A stretch of 64,000 nucleotides of DNA, taken from the NCBI RefSeq assembly GCF_963921235.1, contig NC_086108.1:87980001-88044000 (forward strand), written 5' to 3'. Every line of letters begins with the position of its first letter. Positions within the stretch are counted from its first letter, which is position 1. The translations under genes were made by a program, and so were the position numbers. This DNA comes from Mobula hypostoma. Taxonomy: Eukaryota. This document shows, piece by piece, positions 1 through 11,601 of the stretch. The notes below the pieces were generated by a model. It was not told the origin of the DNA. It saw only the letters and a list, made by a program, of their open reading frames with translations, and did not search any database.

Positions 1-45
1 CACAGATCCTGAGATCTGCTGTAACTACACCAAGTACATCATGGT

Positions 46-569
46 CAGTCAGTGAAGTCAGTGGGTGCTATCCCAAATCCGGGGTTGGCGGCTATACACC
101 TCCATCTTCTTCAATCTTGCGACAGCACCGAGTGCAGCCTCTCCTCCAGTTTGTTCTCGTTGGCTGCCTTGGCACTGCCCACCGCCGCCCCCGCCGAACT
201 CGAGCCCGAGGCCGTGTCGGCCTCCAGCCGCGGCCGCTTCTTCGAGCTCGGCCCTTCCTTAGGCGGAGGCCTTGGGCAGGTGAAGGCACACGGTGCAGCA
301 CCCAAGTTCATCATGTCTCTTCTAACTAGGTGCATAGCATACGATTCATAGATACGTGGTGAGGCTTTAATCTCTTCCACGGAAGATGGCCGTTGGCTCA
401 CAAGGAGCACATCCGCCCTTTGTCAGGTCTTGTTTTTTAGTCCTGCTTGGGTGTCCTCACACCCTCCTCACCAGACTAAGTCCAGTGGGGGAACCGGCCA
501 AGTCACTGACCACTCGACCACAGCCCCTGGCCAAGCGCCGGACGCCCACCTCCTGCCAAATCTCTCTGA
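46..569 (-). mobile_element. Short non-autonomous RTE-derived element with an internal captured GC-rich coding fragment
   Basis: Near-perfect 10-bp TSD (acatcatggt 36-45, acgtcatggt 570-579). The 3' end reads QD*RRWRCIAANP followed by a CTGA-repeat tail. The 5' part is homologous to 60210-60345. Confidence 0.65.
123..278 (-). pseudogene. Captured fragment resembling the CYHR1/ZFTRAF1 N-terminal coding region
   Basis: PPPKEGPSSKKRPRLE...ANENKLEERLHSVL resembles the CYHR1 KLEERLYSVLCC motif, recalled from memory. The segment is strongly GC/CpG-rich relative to its flanks. Confidence 0.55.
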
Positions 570-1069
570 ACGTCATGGTACAGGATGGATATCAACAATA
601 CTGTGTCTTCAAATTTCAGAATCATTGATGCTCTTCTCACACTCAGTCAGTTACATTGCACATGACATATTATTCATGTATTTGACACCATTCTCCTGAA
701 ATTGACACTTTGTTCTGGGATTGTCAGGCAGACTAAGGAAAATATTCAATGATGTGATCAAATTTCCCTGGAAAATCTGGGAATCTTTGGCCCACAGTTG
801 CTCAAAATGGATGGAGATGGAGCACTTGAGATGGTAATGAAAGTCTCGAGGCCAAGCATTGGGAGTGGACAGAAGTCCTGCGTAAACTACAGGAGGGGTG
901 CACTGTCAAATTAACCACTCATTGTAAAGGCGAACATCAAAAACAAAATTCATTATTGCCTTCAGTATGTGTGATCATCCATTGACTGATTAAGGAAACA
1001 TTCAACATTTGTCGGAGATCACTTGTCTTTTACAAACGTTCACTGACTGATTTCTGTTTATTTTGGTGC

Positions 1070-1310
1070 AGGGATGCGCTGCTGTGTATGGATTCGTGTG
1101 CTGTGGTTTCCTCCCACATTCCAAGTACTGTACATATGAGTTAGGGTTAGTAAGTTGTGGGCATGCTATGTTGGTGCCAGAAGCAAGGTGACACCTGTGG
1201 ACTGCTCCCTGTATTCCTGGACCGTGTTGGTCAATGACACAAACAACACCATTTACTGTATGTTTCAATGTACTGTACACATGACAAATAAATCGAATCT
1301 CTTTAATCTT
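1070..1310 (+). mobile_element. SINE remnant with LINE-derived 3' tail
   Basis: ggtttcctcccacattcc...gttgtgggcatgctatgttgg...tgacaaataaa. Related copies occur near 14180-14330, 17015-17140 (minus strand) and 36820-36960. Confidence 0.55.
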
Positions 1311-1402
1311 TAAATTTTCCCCATATTATAGAAATTTGCCCATGGTTGATGGTAAACTGTCTATAGTTATAACATTATTTCTTTCTCCTTTCTTGCACTA
1401 AT

Positions 1403-1721
1403 CTCTGCTTGTTATGCTGCTGGCGTTTAGGATAGCAACGAAGGTCCTCCATCTCTGTTATACTGTCACACACAGATAGAGGATTCCTTATTGTTGTTTC
1501 CATTACAGCTTTTTTTGCCCAGTCAGGGTTGTTAGCCCTGAGCTGAGCCCCCAGACCTGGAGGATCAGGGGACCACTCTTAGTCCGGCCCCTACCCTCTA
1601 ACCTGTTTGGCATAGGTGACCCTACCAAGAGTCAAAGCACAAGGCCCTGACTCCAGCCAACATAGCTGTCCAGATCATTGAAGCATATAAGCTTCCAAAC
1701 CCTATGACAAGGTCTTGGAGG
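1403..1721 (-). mobile_element. Short bipartite RTE (Expander/Rex3-like) element
   Basis: Exact 14-bp TSD tttcttgcactaat (1389-1402 and 1722-1735). The 3' end reads QRWRTFVAILNAS. Homologous to 25058-25459. Confidence 0.7.
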
Positions 1722-2049
1722 TTTCTTGCACTAATGTTATGTTTAATTTGCTTATTTTGTATAAGTTATGTTAATATAAGTTTATTTCGGTTTATGTTTG
1801 ACATGTACTATGCTGATGTTGCAAAAAGACCATTTTCATGGCATTTATATCCTGGGCCTGTATGCCCATGGCAATAAACTTGAACTTGAACAGGTTGGTT
1901 ATGTTGATAATCTTCCAGTCTTCCGTGTTTTCTTTCTTATGAATGTTGAAACAATTATATTCAGAACCTGTGCTATTTCATTCGCTATTCTAGTGTGTCT
2001 GTCAGTTGGACCACATGTATTCTCCACCCCTTTGGCAATGTAACCTATT

Positions 2050-2690
2050 TTTTATTTAGAGATACACCGCAGTAACAGGCCCTTCCAGCTAACTGACCCT
2101 ATGCTGCCCAATTACACCCAAGTGACCAAGTTACCTACTAAACCGTACGTCTTGGGAATATGGGAGGAAACTGGAGCACCTGGAGGAAACCCAAGTGCCC
2201 ACAGGGAGAACATACAATCTCCTTACAGCCAGCAGCTGTTGCAAGGAACAGGGAGAAGCTAAATGCAGGACACTGGCACGGCGATTGAGTTAGGGTGTGA
2301 GAGCTGGAGCAGAATGGCAAACAGAAGGGTGAACAGGAAGGCAGGAGGCAGGCAGAACTTATCTTGACATGGAGCATAGGAAGGCAAGCAGTGGACAATA
2401 CTTTTCTTGACACAGAGAGATGGAGTTACACAGGTAAACCTCAGTACTGAAGTAGAACTTAGAATACACAATCCTAAACGGCCAGGAACGTTAATTACCA
2501 CACTGGCTAAACAACAATCTGGCCATGATGCAAAGCCCGGGTTTTTATGCTGCAGGTCTTGATGAGAACGAAGTAGTCGCCATCAAAGGGAATTAGGAGA
2601 AAATGGGGAATTAACAGTCAGACCATGACAGCAGCGGGAATTGAACCGGATCACCGATGCTGTGAAGCATTACGCTAGCTGCTACGCTAC
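2050..2690 (-). mobile_element. tRNA-derived SINE interrupted by a solo LTR
   Basis: tRNA-like head at 2635-2690 on the minus strand and body tgggaggaaactggagcacctggaggaaaccc. Similar copies at 28140-28380 and 32975-33245. Confidence 0.55.
2237..2630. mobile_element. Solo LTR (394 bp)
   Basis: TG...CA termini (tgttg...tgaca) and an exact 5-bp TSD gcagc; it splits a SINE. Confidence 0.65.
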
Positions 2691-2908
2691 TATTCTATAT
2701 AATTGCCCCATAGCTCACTTTATACCCCAAAAATCACATTTTATTTTAATAGTGAGAAAGCATTCAAGTCTCCTCTATTCCTCTTTGTTCCTGCATTGAA
2801 CACATAAGGTCAAATAATACCAAAAGTTATCAACAAATTTCCTTCTAAACTAATGATTTTATGTGTCTCAATAGCAGCATTGTTTGTATTATTAAATAAC
2901 CAACTTAC

Positions 2909-2996
2909 TTGAGAATGTTTCTGGAAATCGATGAGATATCCCTCCAGCAGCCTCTCTAGGTTTGGAATCTGTGGCCACAGTTTTTTCTTCATATTA
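2909..2996 (-). CDS. MPL: MPL exon 11, Box1 (NMKKKLWPQIPNLERLLEGYLIDFQKHSQ)
   Basis: gtcag| acceptor and |gtaagt donor, 88 bp. LWP.IP.L..L..YL is the JAK-binding Box1. Confidence 0.92.
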
Positions 2997-3815
2997 CTGA
3001 CAAGGAAAGATTACTGTCATGAGAAATTGGTAGTGGTTTTAGTTAAAGTTACATCAACATTCTCTTAGTAAAGATGATCTTCTAAATACTTGAAATAAAT
3101 ACATCTTAAAAAAAGATACCCATTTATGCATTCCCTTTAAACAGAATTATATTACCATTGCTTTATTTCTTCGAGGTAATGGTCTGGAATCCTAGGATTC
3201 CCTACCCAACAGCATCGTGGGAGCATTTTCACCACAGGACTTACACTGGTTCAAGAAGATAGTTCATCACCAGCTCTTCAAAAGTGTATGAGCAATAAAA
3301 GCCATCCTTGTCAGTGAGGCCCACGTCCCATAAATAAAATAAAACAAAAAAAATGTTAAAGAGCACTTCTTAGAAGAGTAATTGGACTTGTGCGCCACAT
3401 CTTGAGGTATTCTTAAGGATAAGCTGGCTTTCATGAAGCGTTTTGACCCTTTCTGTCGGTGCTGCCTGGCCTGCTGAGCTCCTCCAGCATTTAATGTGTG
3501 TTACTTTAGAGGATGTCCTCTTTTGAGGGGAAAATATGTGGAGGCAGAGGGTATTAGAGTGTAACTTTTGGGCATGACTGCAAGTTGTTAGACCAAAGGA
3601 AGTGGGCTTTCACAAGAGGCTGGCACTGGAAGGAAGCATAGTCCTCCTAACCATAAAGGTGGAAGAGGTTATGGAACAAAGGATGGACAAGACCACGGAG
3701 ATCTTGAATATAAAGACAAATTTTTAAAACTCTAAGGACCAGAATGGTTGCTTTCTGTTTTTTATGATACTTCCTTGTATCCAGTTCCTTGGTCCAGTTC
3801 TATAATCACTTAATG

Positions 3816-3896
3816 CAAGAGTTCCCGACCTGAGGTCCAGAGTCCTCTCAGTTAATGGTAGGGGTCCATGGCATAAAAAAATCTGGGAATCCCTGA
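3816..3896. mobile_element. Small hAT-like MITE
   Basis: Degenerate TIRs caagagttccc...gggaatccctg. Confidence 0.4.
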
Positions 3897-4370
3897 CTCA
3901 GACCCATGGCAATATTTTTATTCCTACAATACTCAAAGCAGTAAAGCTTTTTAAAGCTTACAAGGAATTCTCTCAGTTAGATGTGGTCATGATGTAGGTT
4001 AATTTACAGTGCAGTAGTTTGCAAAAATCCTGGGTTGGGTTGATTCCTTCGTTTCTCATTTTATTTTTACTGCATTTTAATCCAGTTTTTTTTCTCCAGT
4101 GTAATTTTATTAAAATAACTACAATGGTTAACATAACTCAGAGTGCATAGCCAAAAGCAGAACATTATCACCTACGACTGTGTTACTAATTGCTTGGCAT
4201 AAAGATTGATTGATATGATTGATCAACCTGTGTGGCACCAATTGTATCGATACAGTCACAAGCTACAGTTGCACATGTTCCAATATCCTTTGTAAGTACA
4301 GACACAGATAGTTGTCACCATGTTGCAGAGAAGCTGAGTGACATTCGTTCAAAAGTGTTGTTGCAGGTAC

Positions 4371-4461
4371 CTGTAAGTATTTGGAAAGATGAAACGAGAC
4401 ACGAAAAGTGCTATCGTCAGCAGAAGTGCCACACCAACAACAAGAGAGACAACTGTTGGAC
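4371..4461 (-). CDS. MPL: MPL exon 10, transmembrane (GPTVVSLVVGVALLLTIALFVSRFIFPNTYS)
   Basis: gacag| acceptor and |gtacct donor, 91 bp, phases 1 and 2. Hydrophobic helix followed by R..FP..Y. Confidence 0.88.
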
Positions 4462-7400
4462 CTGTCAGAGAAAGGGAGTTATATTACACCAAACATATTT
4501 GTATTCATACGGCACGTGGTGCAAAACAGAGCTTGGTACAACAGATTATTTTGAAAGTTAAATGAACATTCTAATGCAACACATGTTGAAACTTTGCTGG
4601 GCACACAACATCAGAAACAAAAGAAGCATGGCAGGTATCTTAATTTCTTTTTGAGTGTACTCAGCTGAGGGTTGAATGTTGTCTTTGCCCTGGAAGGGTT
4701 GCCATCTGCATTGTTGTAGAATCTTTCACATCTCCAGAGCTGATGATTTGACCATATCAGCTGGTTCATTTGGTCACCTACTGACCATTGGGCTAGCTTC
4801 TAGGTTAAATTTAATGTCAGCCTTCCTTTGACCGGCAAAGTAACGGGACATAATCTTCATGCTTTGAATGTGAGAGAACTGTTGTTTTATCCCCAGACTT
4901 GACAGCCTCTTCAAACGCTAGCATTTTGAAATGTCAACAATTCCTTTCCTTCCCCAGATGCGGCTTGACTCACTGTGTGAGCTCCCCCTATCTGTCAACT
5001 ACACCTTTGATTGGTCTAATGTTAGCCAAGGCCTGCACAGACACTCTGATTAGCTTATGTCTATTAAAAACGTAATATTCTTTGATAGCTCAAAGTTCAA
5101 AGTAAGTTTATTATCAAAATATGTATATGCCACCATATTTTTTGCAAGTATTCACAGAACAAAGAAATACAATAGAACCAATGAAAAACTACGCACAAAG
5201 AAAGACTGACAAACAACCTATGTGCAAAAACAAAGACAAACCATCGAAATGCAAAAAAGAAACAAATAATAAATAAAATAATACTGAGGACATGAGTTGT
5301 AGGGTCCTTGAAAGCGAGTCGGTGTTGAGGTGAGTGAAGTTATCCACTTTAGCTCTTTCAGAAATTTTCTGAGTTAGATATGGTCAGTGTGCAAATAACC
5401 TTTTAATATGGTTATTTTCAACAACATTGGGTAGTCTGCATGTCATTTTTAACTGCACTTTTAATTCTGCTTCTTGCAGAGTATTTTAAAAAAAATTAAA
5501 TACAGTAGTTACTTCATAAAACGGCGTGCTCATATCTGACTGAATGTCATGTTTAGCTGGCGCTGCAATCTCATCATTGGCAGGAGGATGTTGATATAGC
5601 AGGACAGCTTTTTGACAGCAACGAATAGAAACATAGAAAACCTACAGCACAATCCATGCCCTTTGGCCCACAAAGCTGTGCTGACATGTCCTTACCTTAG
5701 AAATTGTCTAGGGTTACGCATAGCCCCCTCTTTTTCTGAGCTCCATGTACCTGTCCAGGAGTCTCTTAAAAGACCCTATCGTATCTGCCTCCACCACTGT
5801 TGCTGGCAGTCCATTCCACAAAGAAATGAAAGAAAAATAGAGGGCTATGTGGGAAGAAAGGGCTAGATCTCGGAGCAGGTTAAAGTGTGATCTCGGCGCA
5901 ACATGGTGGGCTGAATGGCCTGTACTGTTCTATGGTCTGCGCTCTGTGATGTCTAGTGTAAATGGTGCACTAAAATAAAGAGAATACGTGATGTGAAAAT
6001 CCAGTTTGAATACATCAGTGCATCGACTAGTCCAATTATCCTGGCCTTCCAATACTACTTTATTGCTTCAGTGGAATTTAGGAGTTTGAAAAATGAACTC
6101 ATTATTGCCAGACAAGGTTCATTTGTCTGGTTACAGAGGAACTAGGATTCATTGTCTCAGGACAGTTGCCCATATACATTGGTCTGAGTGATACTGTAAT
6201 TCCTTTCAGCAGGCTCGATGTAATTGGTTGATAGCTGTGTTGCAATTAATTAATGAATGTGCTACCAAGAGTGATGTGTGGTCATCAAGGGTTTGTGTTG
6301 CTGGTTCCTTGGAGATTAATTGATGTAATCTATCAACCTGTTTGCATTTGGTAACACCCACAATGCACAGTTTCAATATTCACAATACAGGATTCAAGAT
6401 TATTTAATGTCATATAATGAGCACAAAATAATTGTTACCTCGCATCTGATGCAGCACAAAAAAAAACACAATAAGGAATGCAATAGTAATAATAATAAAA
6501 ACACAGTAAATACTGTATAAGTACATAGAATAGCTCATATATGTAGATTGACACTGGGCATAAGGTGACTGACAGGAAATGATAAAGTAGTGGTGGTTGG
6601 GGTGCGGAGCAGCGGATTTTTGGGTGGAAGTTTTGATCAGCCTTACTGCTTGGGGAAAGTAATTATTTTTATGTCTGGTGATCCCGGCTACATAGCCTCT
6701 TCCCTGATGGGAGTGGGACGAACAATCCACGAGCAGGGAGGGTGGGATCGTTCATGATGTTCGAGTGATATACCGTCATGTTAAAATCTTTGGCTATCGG
6801 CTGTTTTGGCCTCAGCTCACCCTGAACTTTCCTGCATGCTTGGCCAAATGCTGACATCGCACACAACACAAATTCACGTGACCTCTCGTTCCAACATTGA
6901 ACCCAGTGGTGGAGATTAACGCGCTGCCGAGAAAGGCCAGTGAACATTGCAAACGTCCTCAGCTGTATGAACAAGGGTGCTTAAATAGAAGCTTACAGAT
7001 CCCTGTGGAAAATAAGGCAAGTAAATCTATGATTTATTGTTTTGTAACTATGTTTTTAAATATTATTTTGGTAATTTATATGCTTTAGTCACATATATTT
7101 ATTTATTAATTTTTTTTCAATTGTGTTGTTAAGTTCCTTTCAGAGCCACTTAAAGTAAGTTCAAAAACCTTTGACAGTCATATGTCTGAGGCACTGTTCT
7201 GAACAAACATATCTGCATGACACATTAAAATATTCCCCTCTTTGATCAGAACATTAAAACATTCTTAAGAATGCACATCTTAGAGTGTGTGTGTAAAATT
7301 ATGAGTTGTGCAAGGTTAAGTACCAGGAGGGAGATACTCTACAACTTTTCTATCTCCAACGGGATCCCACCACCAAGCACACCTTTCTTTCCTCCCCCAC

Positions 7401-8369
7401 TTTCCGTTTTCCACAGGGATCGCTCCCTGCATAACTCCCTTGTCCATTTGTCCCTCCCCACTGATCTTCCTCTCGGTACTTATACTGGCAAGCAGAACAA
7501 GTGCTACACCTGCCCCTACATCTCCTCCCTCACTACCATTCAGGGCTCCAAACAGACCTTCCAGGTGATATACTGTGTCCAGTGCTCCCGGTGTGGCCTC
7601 CTGTATATCAGAAAGACCTGACGTAGATTGGAGGATGGCTTCACCAAGCACCTATGCTCTGTCCGACAGAAAAAGCAGGATCTCCCAGTAGCCACCCGTT
7701 TCAATTCCACTTCCCATTCCTATTCTGATATGTCAGTCCGTGGCCTCCTCTGCTGTCACGATGAGGCCACACTCAGGTTGGAGGAGCAACACCTTATGTT
7801 CTGTCTGATAGCCTCCAACCTGATGGCATGAACATCGATTTCTCAAACTTCCAATAATTGCCAACCTCCCCTTTGCCATTCCCCATTCCTGTTTCCCTCT
7901 CCCTCCTATCTTCTTACTTGCCCATTACCTCCCTCTAGTGCTCCTCCTCATTCTCTTTCTTCCATGATCTTCTACCCTTTCCTATCAGATTCCCCATTAC
8001 AAGGATGCTGCCTGGATTTGAGGGCAGACCTTATGAAAGTAGGTTGAGTGAACTTGGCCTTTTCCTCCTTGGAGCAACAGAGGATGAGGGGTGACCTGAT
8101 AGAGGTGTATAAGATGATGAGGGGCAATCATCATGTGGATAGCCAGAGGCTTTTTCCCAGGGCTGAAATGGCTAACACAAGGGGTCATAGTTTTAAGGTG
8201 CTTAGAAATAGGTACCGAGGGGATGTCAGGGGTAAGAATTTCACACAGAGTGGTGGGTACGTGGAATGTGCTGCTGGTGGCGGAGGTGGAAGCAGATACG
8301 ATAGGGTCTTTTAAGAGCCTCTTAGATAGGTACATGGAGCTTAGAAAAATAGAGGGCTATGCGCTAGGG

Positions 8370-9543
8370 CAGGGGTCCCCAACCTTTTTCGTACTGCGGA
8401 CCGGTTTCATATTGACAATATTCTTGCGGACCGGCTGACCCGGGGCGGGGGGAAGGGGTTGCCAACGAACAAGAGTAGCAGTCAGATACGTTGGGTTTAC
8501 ACTGAGAAAGACTACAATGACCATGAAGCCTTGTGCGGGTACCAGTGCGCATGCGTGTACGTGCTGATTTTTCCCTACAAATCGGTTTTGGCGATTCTGT
8601 TCGGGGGGCGGGGGTGGTGTTAATCACGGCCAGAATATCGGTAATGAGTGGCTAATACACTCAATTTCGTTTCTGAAAGGGTTTATCTAACGAATTTAAT
8701 ATTAAACACATAGTGCATATTTTCCTCGCATGAATATAGTGATAAGTCAATTATCAGGGGAGCTTGAAGGAAGTGTTGAACAAACTTCCAGTAGAAGTGG
8801 TAGAGGCAGGTTTGATATTATCATTTAAACAAAAATTGGATAGACATATGGGCAGGAAAGGAATGGAGGGTTATGGGCTGAGTGCAGGTCGGTGGGACAA
8901 GGTGAGAGTAGCTTTCAGCACGGACTAGAAGGGCCGAGATGGCCTGTTTCCGTGCTGTAATTGTTATATGATTATATAAGTCAATAGCATCATAACATTT
9001 TAAGTAACGTTTGGATATTAAACACACCGCACATATTTTCCCCGTATGAACATATAAAATCATTTCAACACACCAATATCGCTGAATCAGTGGGAGCCCT
9101 GGGCTTGTTTCCCTGCGACAACATGGTCCTATCGAGGGGTGTTGGGAGACAGCGATACTCGAACGGGGTTCCTTATGTCCAGTCTATTCCGCAATGTAGT
9201 TTTCGTTGCATTCATTGCAGAGATATGTTGGAAATGGAAGCAACGTTTTCAGTGCTTTCGTGGCTATCTCAGGATATTTAGCCTTGACTTTGATCCAGAA
9301 TACCGGCAGAGATGTTATGTCAAACATACTTTTCAACCCGCCATCATTTGCAAGCTCGAGGAGTTGATCTCCCTCCCGCACTGACAAAGATAACGCATGC
9401 GTAACGACGTCGCGTGCGTTCAAGCTCAACAGTGGGCATGACAGGGAATGAGGAAAGGTGCAGCAGACTCATATCGCCAAATCATATCGTTTTCTCGCGG
9501 CCCGGTAGCGCATGCTTTGCGGCCCGGTGGTTGGGGACCGCGG
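8370..9543 (-). mobile_element. hAT (Charlie-like) DNA transposon, internally deleted
   Basis: TIRs caggggtccccaacc and ggttggggaccgcgg, 8-bp TSD cgctaggg/ctctaggg, and a transposase C-terminal remnant LPVFWIKVKAKYPEIATKALKTLLPFPTYLC. Confidence 0.88.
8752..8975 (+). mobile_element. CR1 3' fragment nested inside the hAT element
   Basis: CR1 3'UTR motif ggcctgtttccgtgctgta, flanked by a repeated ataagtcaat. Confidence 0.65.
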
Positions 9544-9892
9544 CTCTAGGGAAATTCTAGGCAGTTTCTAGATTAGGCTAAATGGTCGGCACAACATTGT
9601 GGGCCAAAGGGCCTGTAATGTGCTGTAGATTTCTATGTTCTATGTTCTCTTCCCCTTTATCTCTTTAACCAATCAACTTCCCTGCTCTTTACTTCACCCT
9701 TTCCTCTCTCCCAGTTTCACCTATCACCTACCACCTTGCACTTCGTCGTCTCTTATCCCAACTTCTTAATCTGACCTCATCTTTTTACCAGTCTTGACCA
9801 AGAGTCTTGGCCCGAAACTTTCACCGTTTACTCTTTTTCATAGATGCTGCATGACCGGCTGAGTGCCTCTGACATTTTGTATGTATTGTCTT

Positions 9893-11125
9893 CAACATAA
9901 CATCCCAACTCATACCCTCATCGTCCTGATTTATTAAAGGCAATGTGCCAAAAGCTCTCTTTTCATGTCTCTATCTGCATGTGATGGCATTTTAAAGGAA
10001 TTACAGATTTATGTTCCTGTCCCTTTGTTCTATCACAAATTTCAGTGCTTTGTCATTCACTATATAAGTCTTAACCCGGTTTGTCCTCCCACTGCGCAAC
10101 ACCTCACACTTGTCTGCATTAAATTCCTTCTGTCATTTTCAGTCCTTTTCCCCAGCAGGTCCAGATTATTTTGCAAGCTTTGATAGCCTTCCTCACTCTC
10201 TATGATGCCCCTCATCCAGAGATTTGTTGATCCAGTTTACCACATTATTATCTGTCATTAATATAGATGATAACAACAATGGACACTGCACCAATCCCTG
10301 CAGCAAACTTCCAATCGGAGAGGCAATCATGTAATACCACCCTCTGACTTCTCCTGCTAAGCCAATGTTGAATCCAATTAAGTACTTTCTGAATGCCAAG
10401 CAACTTAACCTTCTGGACCAGCTTCCCATGTGGAACTTTGTCAAAGGCCTTGCTAAAGTCCACTGCCTTCGCTTCATCAAATCAGGCTATGTCTATCCAA
10501 ATACTTATGTGGAGAAAAATAGTAAGACATTGTGATGAACATTAAGGGGTTAATGACCTTTTTCTAGTATGTGAATTCAAAGTCTGTGATCACTTATTTG
10601 CGACTAATGTACACTGTGTGACTGAAATGTGCTTTGTAGGCAGGATGGGAAAATAACTATGTCTGTGCTTCCTTGTTGTAAGAATCATCACATGTCTGCG
10701 CTTGGGAAAGCCTGATATACTGTCCTGAGAACTAACACTTAAGAAAATGTATAACCACTCAAGGACATATAGTGCAACTTCGCTATTCTAACGAGTTGTA
10801 GTTGAAGTTCCCTCCTTTTTCTTCAGATTTAAGTGCTTCTTGTCACATACGGGATATAAATAAGAGTGTAATCCATTGTTAAGCAGAGTTCCAAGATCCC
10901 GCTTTTAGGTGCTTGGGCTCTCCATGATATCATGTAAATAAAATCCTTCAGTCTGAAACAACGCTTTGAGTCGGCCTGATCTATTCTGTCTGCTGCTCCT
11001 GACATCTATCCGCAACAATTTATATGTTCTGCCCCTTATAATACCTTTCAATATTTACCCACAAGTTATGTCAGGCTCAGCAGCCTATAATTTCCAGGGA
11101 TTTTTTTAGAGCCTTTCTTAAACAA
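9893..11125 (-). mobile_element. Degenerate CR1 RT fragment interrupted by a solo LTR
   Basis: MDFSKAFDKVPHGKLVQKV...WIQHWLSRRSQRVV. Confidence 0.75.
10508..11017 (+). mobile_element. Solo LTR (about 510 bp)
   Basis: tgtgg...caaca termini, near-TSD actta/attta, TATA-like motif near 10855 and AATAAA near 10937. Confidence 0.6.
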
Positions 11126-11441
11126 CCAAAGAAGGATAAATCAGGGAAGTTACTCAGAGGACAGGCAGAGGTCAAACCCTTCAAAAGCAAAGTCTGTGCA
11201 CCAGGGTCTTCGAGAAACTTGGCTGGATGAGTTCATTATGCAACTTTACTACTCTCTGTATTTTGGTGCCTGAGTAATACATGTACACTTTGACAACAGC
11301 CTGAAATATGATGCATCATTTTCTTACATAATGCCTCTCACGTGGAGAATCCGAGTCTACTGGGCAGTGGCTCAGGTCCAGGACGACACAGCCCAACAAT
11401 GTCCATGATACTATAATGAGCACATTGTATGCCACACTTAC

Positions 11442-11601
11442 CGATAGAGCCTGGGATGGTTGCGGTGAAAGTGTCTGACCAACTGCTCCAGTATCCTCTG
11501 TAAATGAGTCCATTGGGTTTGGCTCTGAGTTGCATGTAGTAGGTTTTACCATGGGGAAGGTCTAACACCTCACTATGCAACGGCTTTTGGATATGTAGGG
11601 T
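11442..11601 (-). CDS. MPL: MPL exon 9 (TLHIQKPLHSEVLDLPHGKTYYMQLRAKPNGLIYRGYWSSWSDTFTATIPGSI)
   Basis: tccag| acceptor and |gtaagt donor, 160 bp. QLRA..NG..Y.G.WSSWS motif. Confidence 0.93.

Larger units (their letters stand above)
7997..9647 (+). mobile_element. CR1 LINE 3' fragment (split by a hAT element)
   Basis: FSSLEQQRMRGDLIEVYKMMRG...TRGHSFKV with a (ttctatg)n tail at about 9630-9647. Confidence 0.85.
7345..9890 (+). mobile_element. Penelope-like element (GIY-YIG coding remnant 7345-7996, 3' end 9648-9890) split by nested insertions
   Basis: KCYTC...VIYCVQCSRCGLLYI...PVATRFNSTSHS...RLEEQHL. A degenerate hammerhead-like motif lies near 9790-9825. Confidence 0.8.

Noticed and set aside
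2635..2690. tRNA gene
   Set aside because: It is a degenerate tRNA-derived SINE head with no complete cloverleaf.
570..2900. Possible MPL terminal exon (Box2 and tail tyrosines)
   Set aside because: No minus-strand frame with Box2-like or tail motifs was recognised, so the exon is presumably outside the window.
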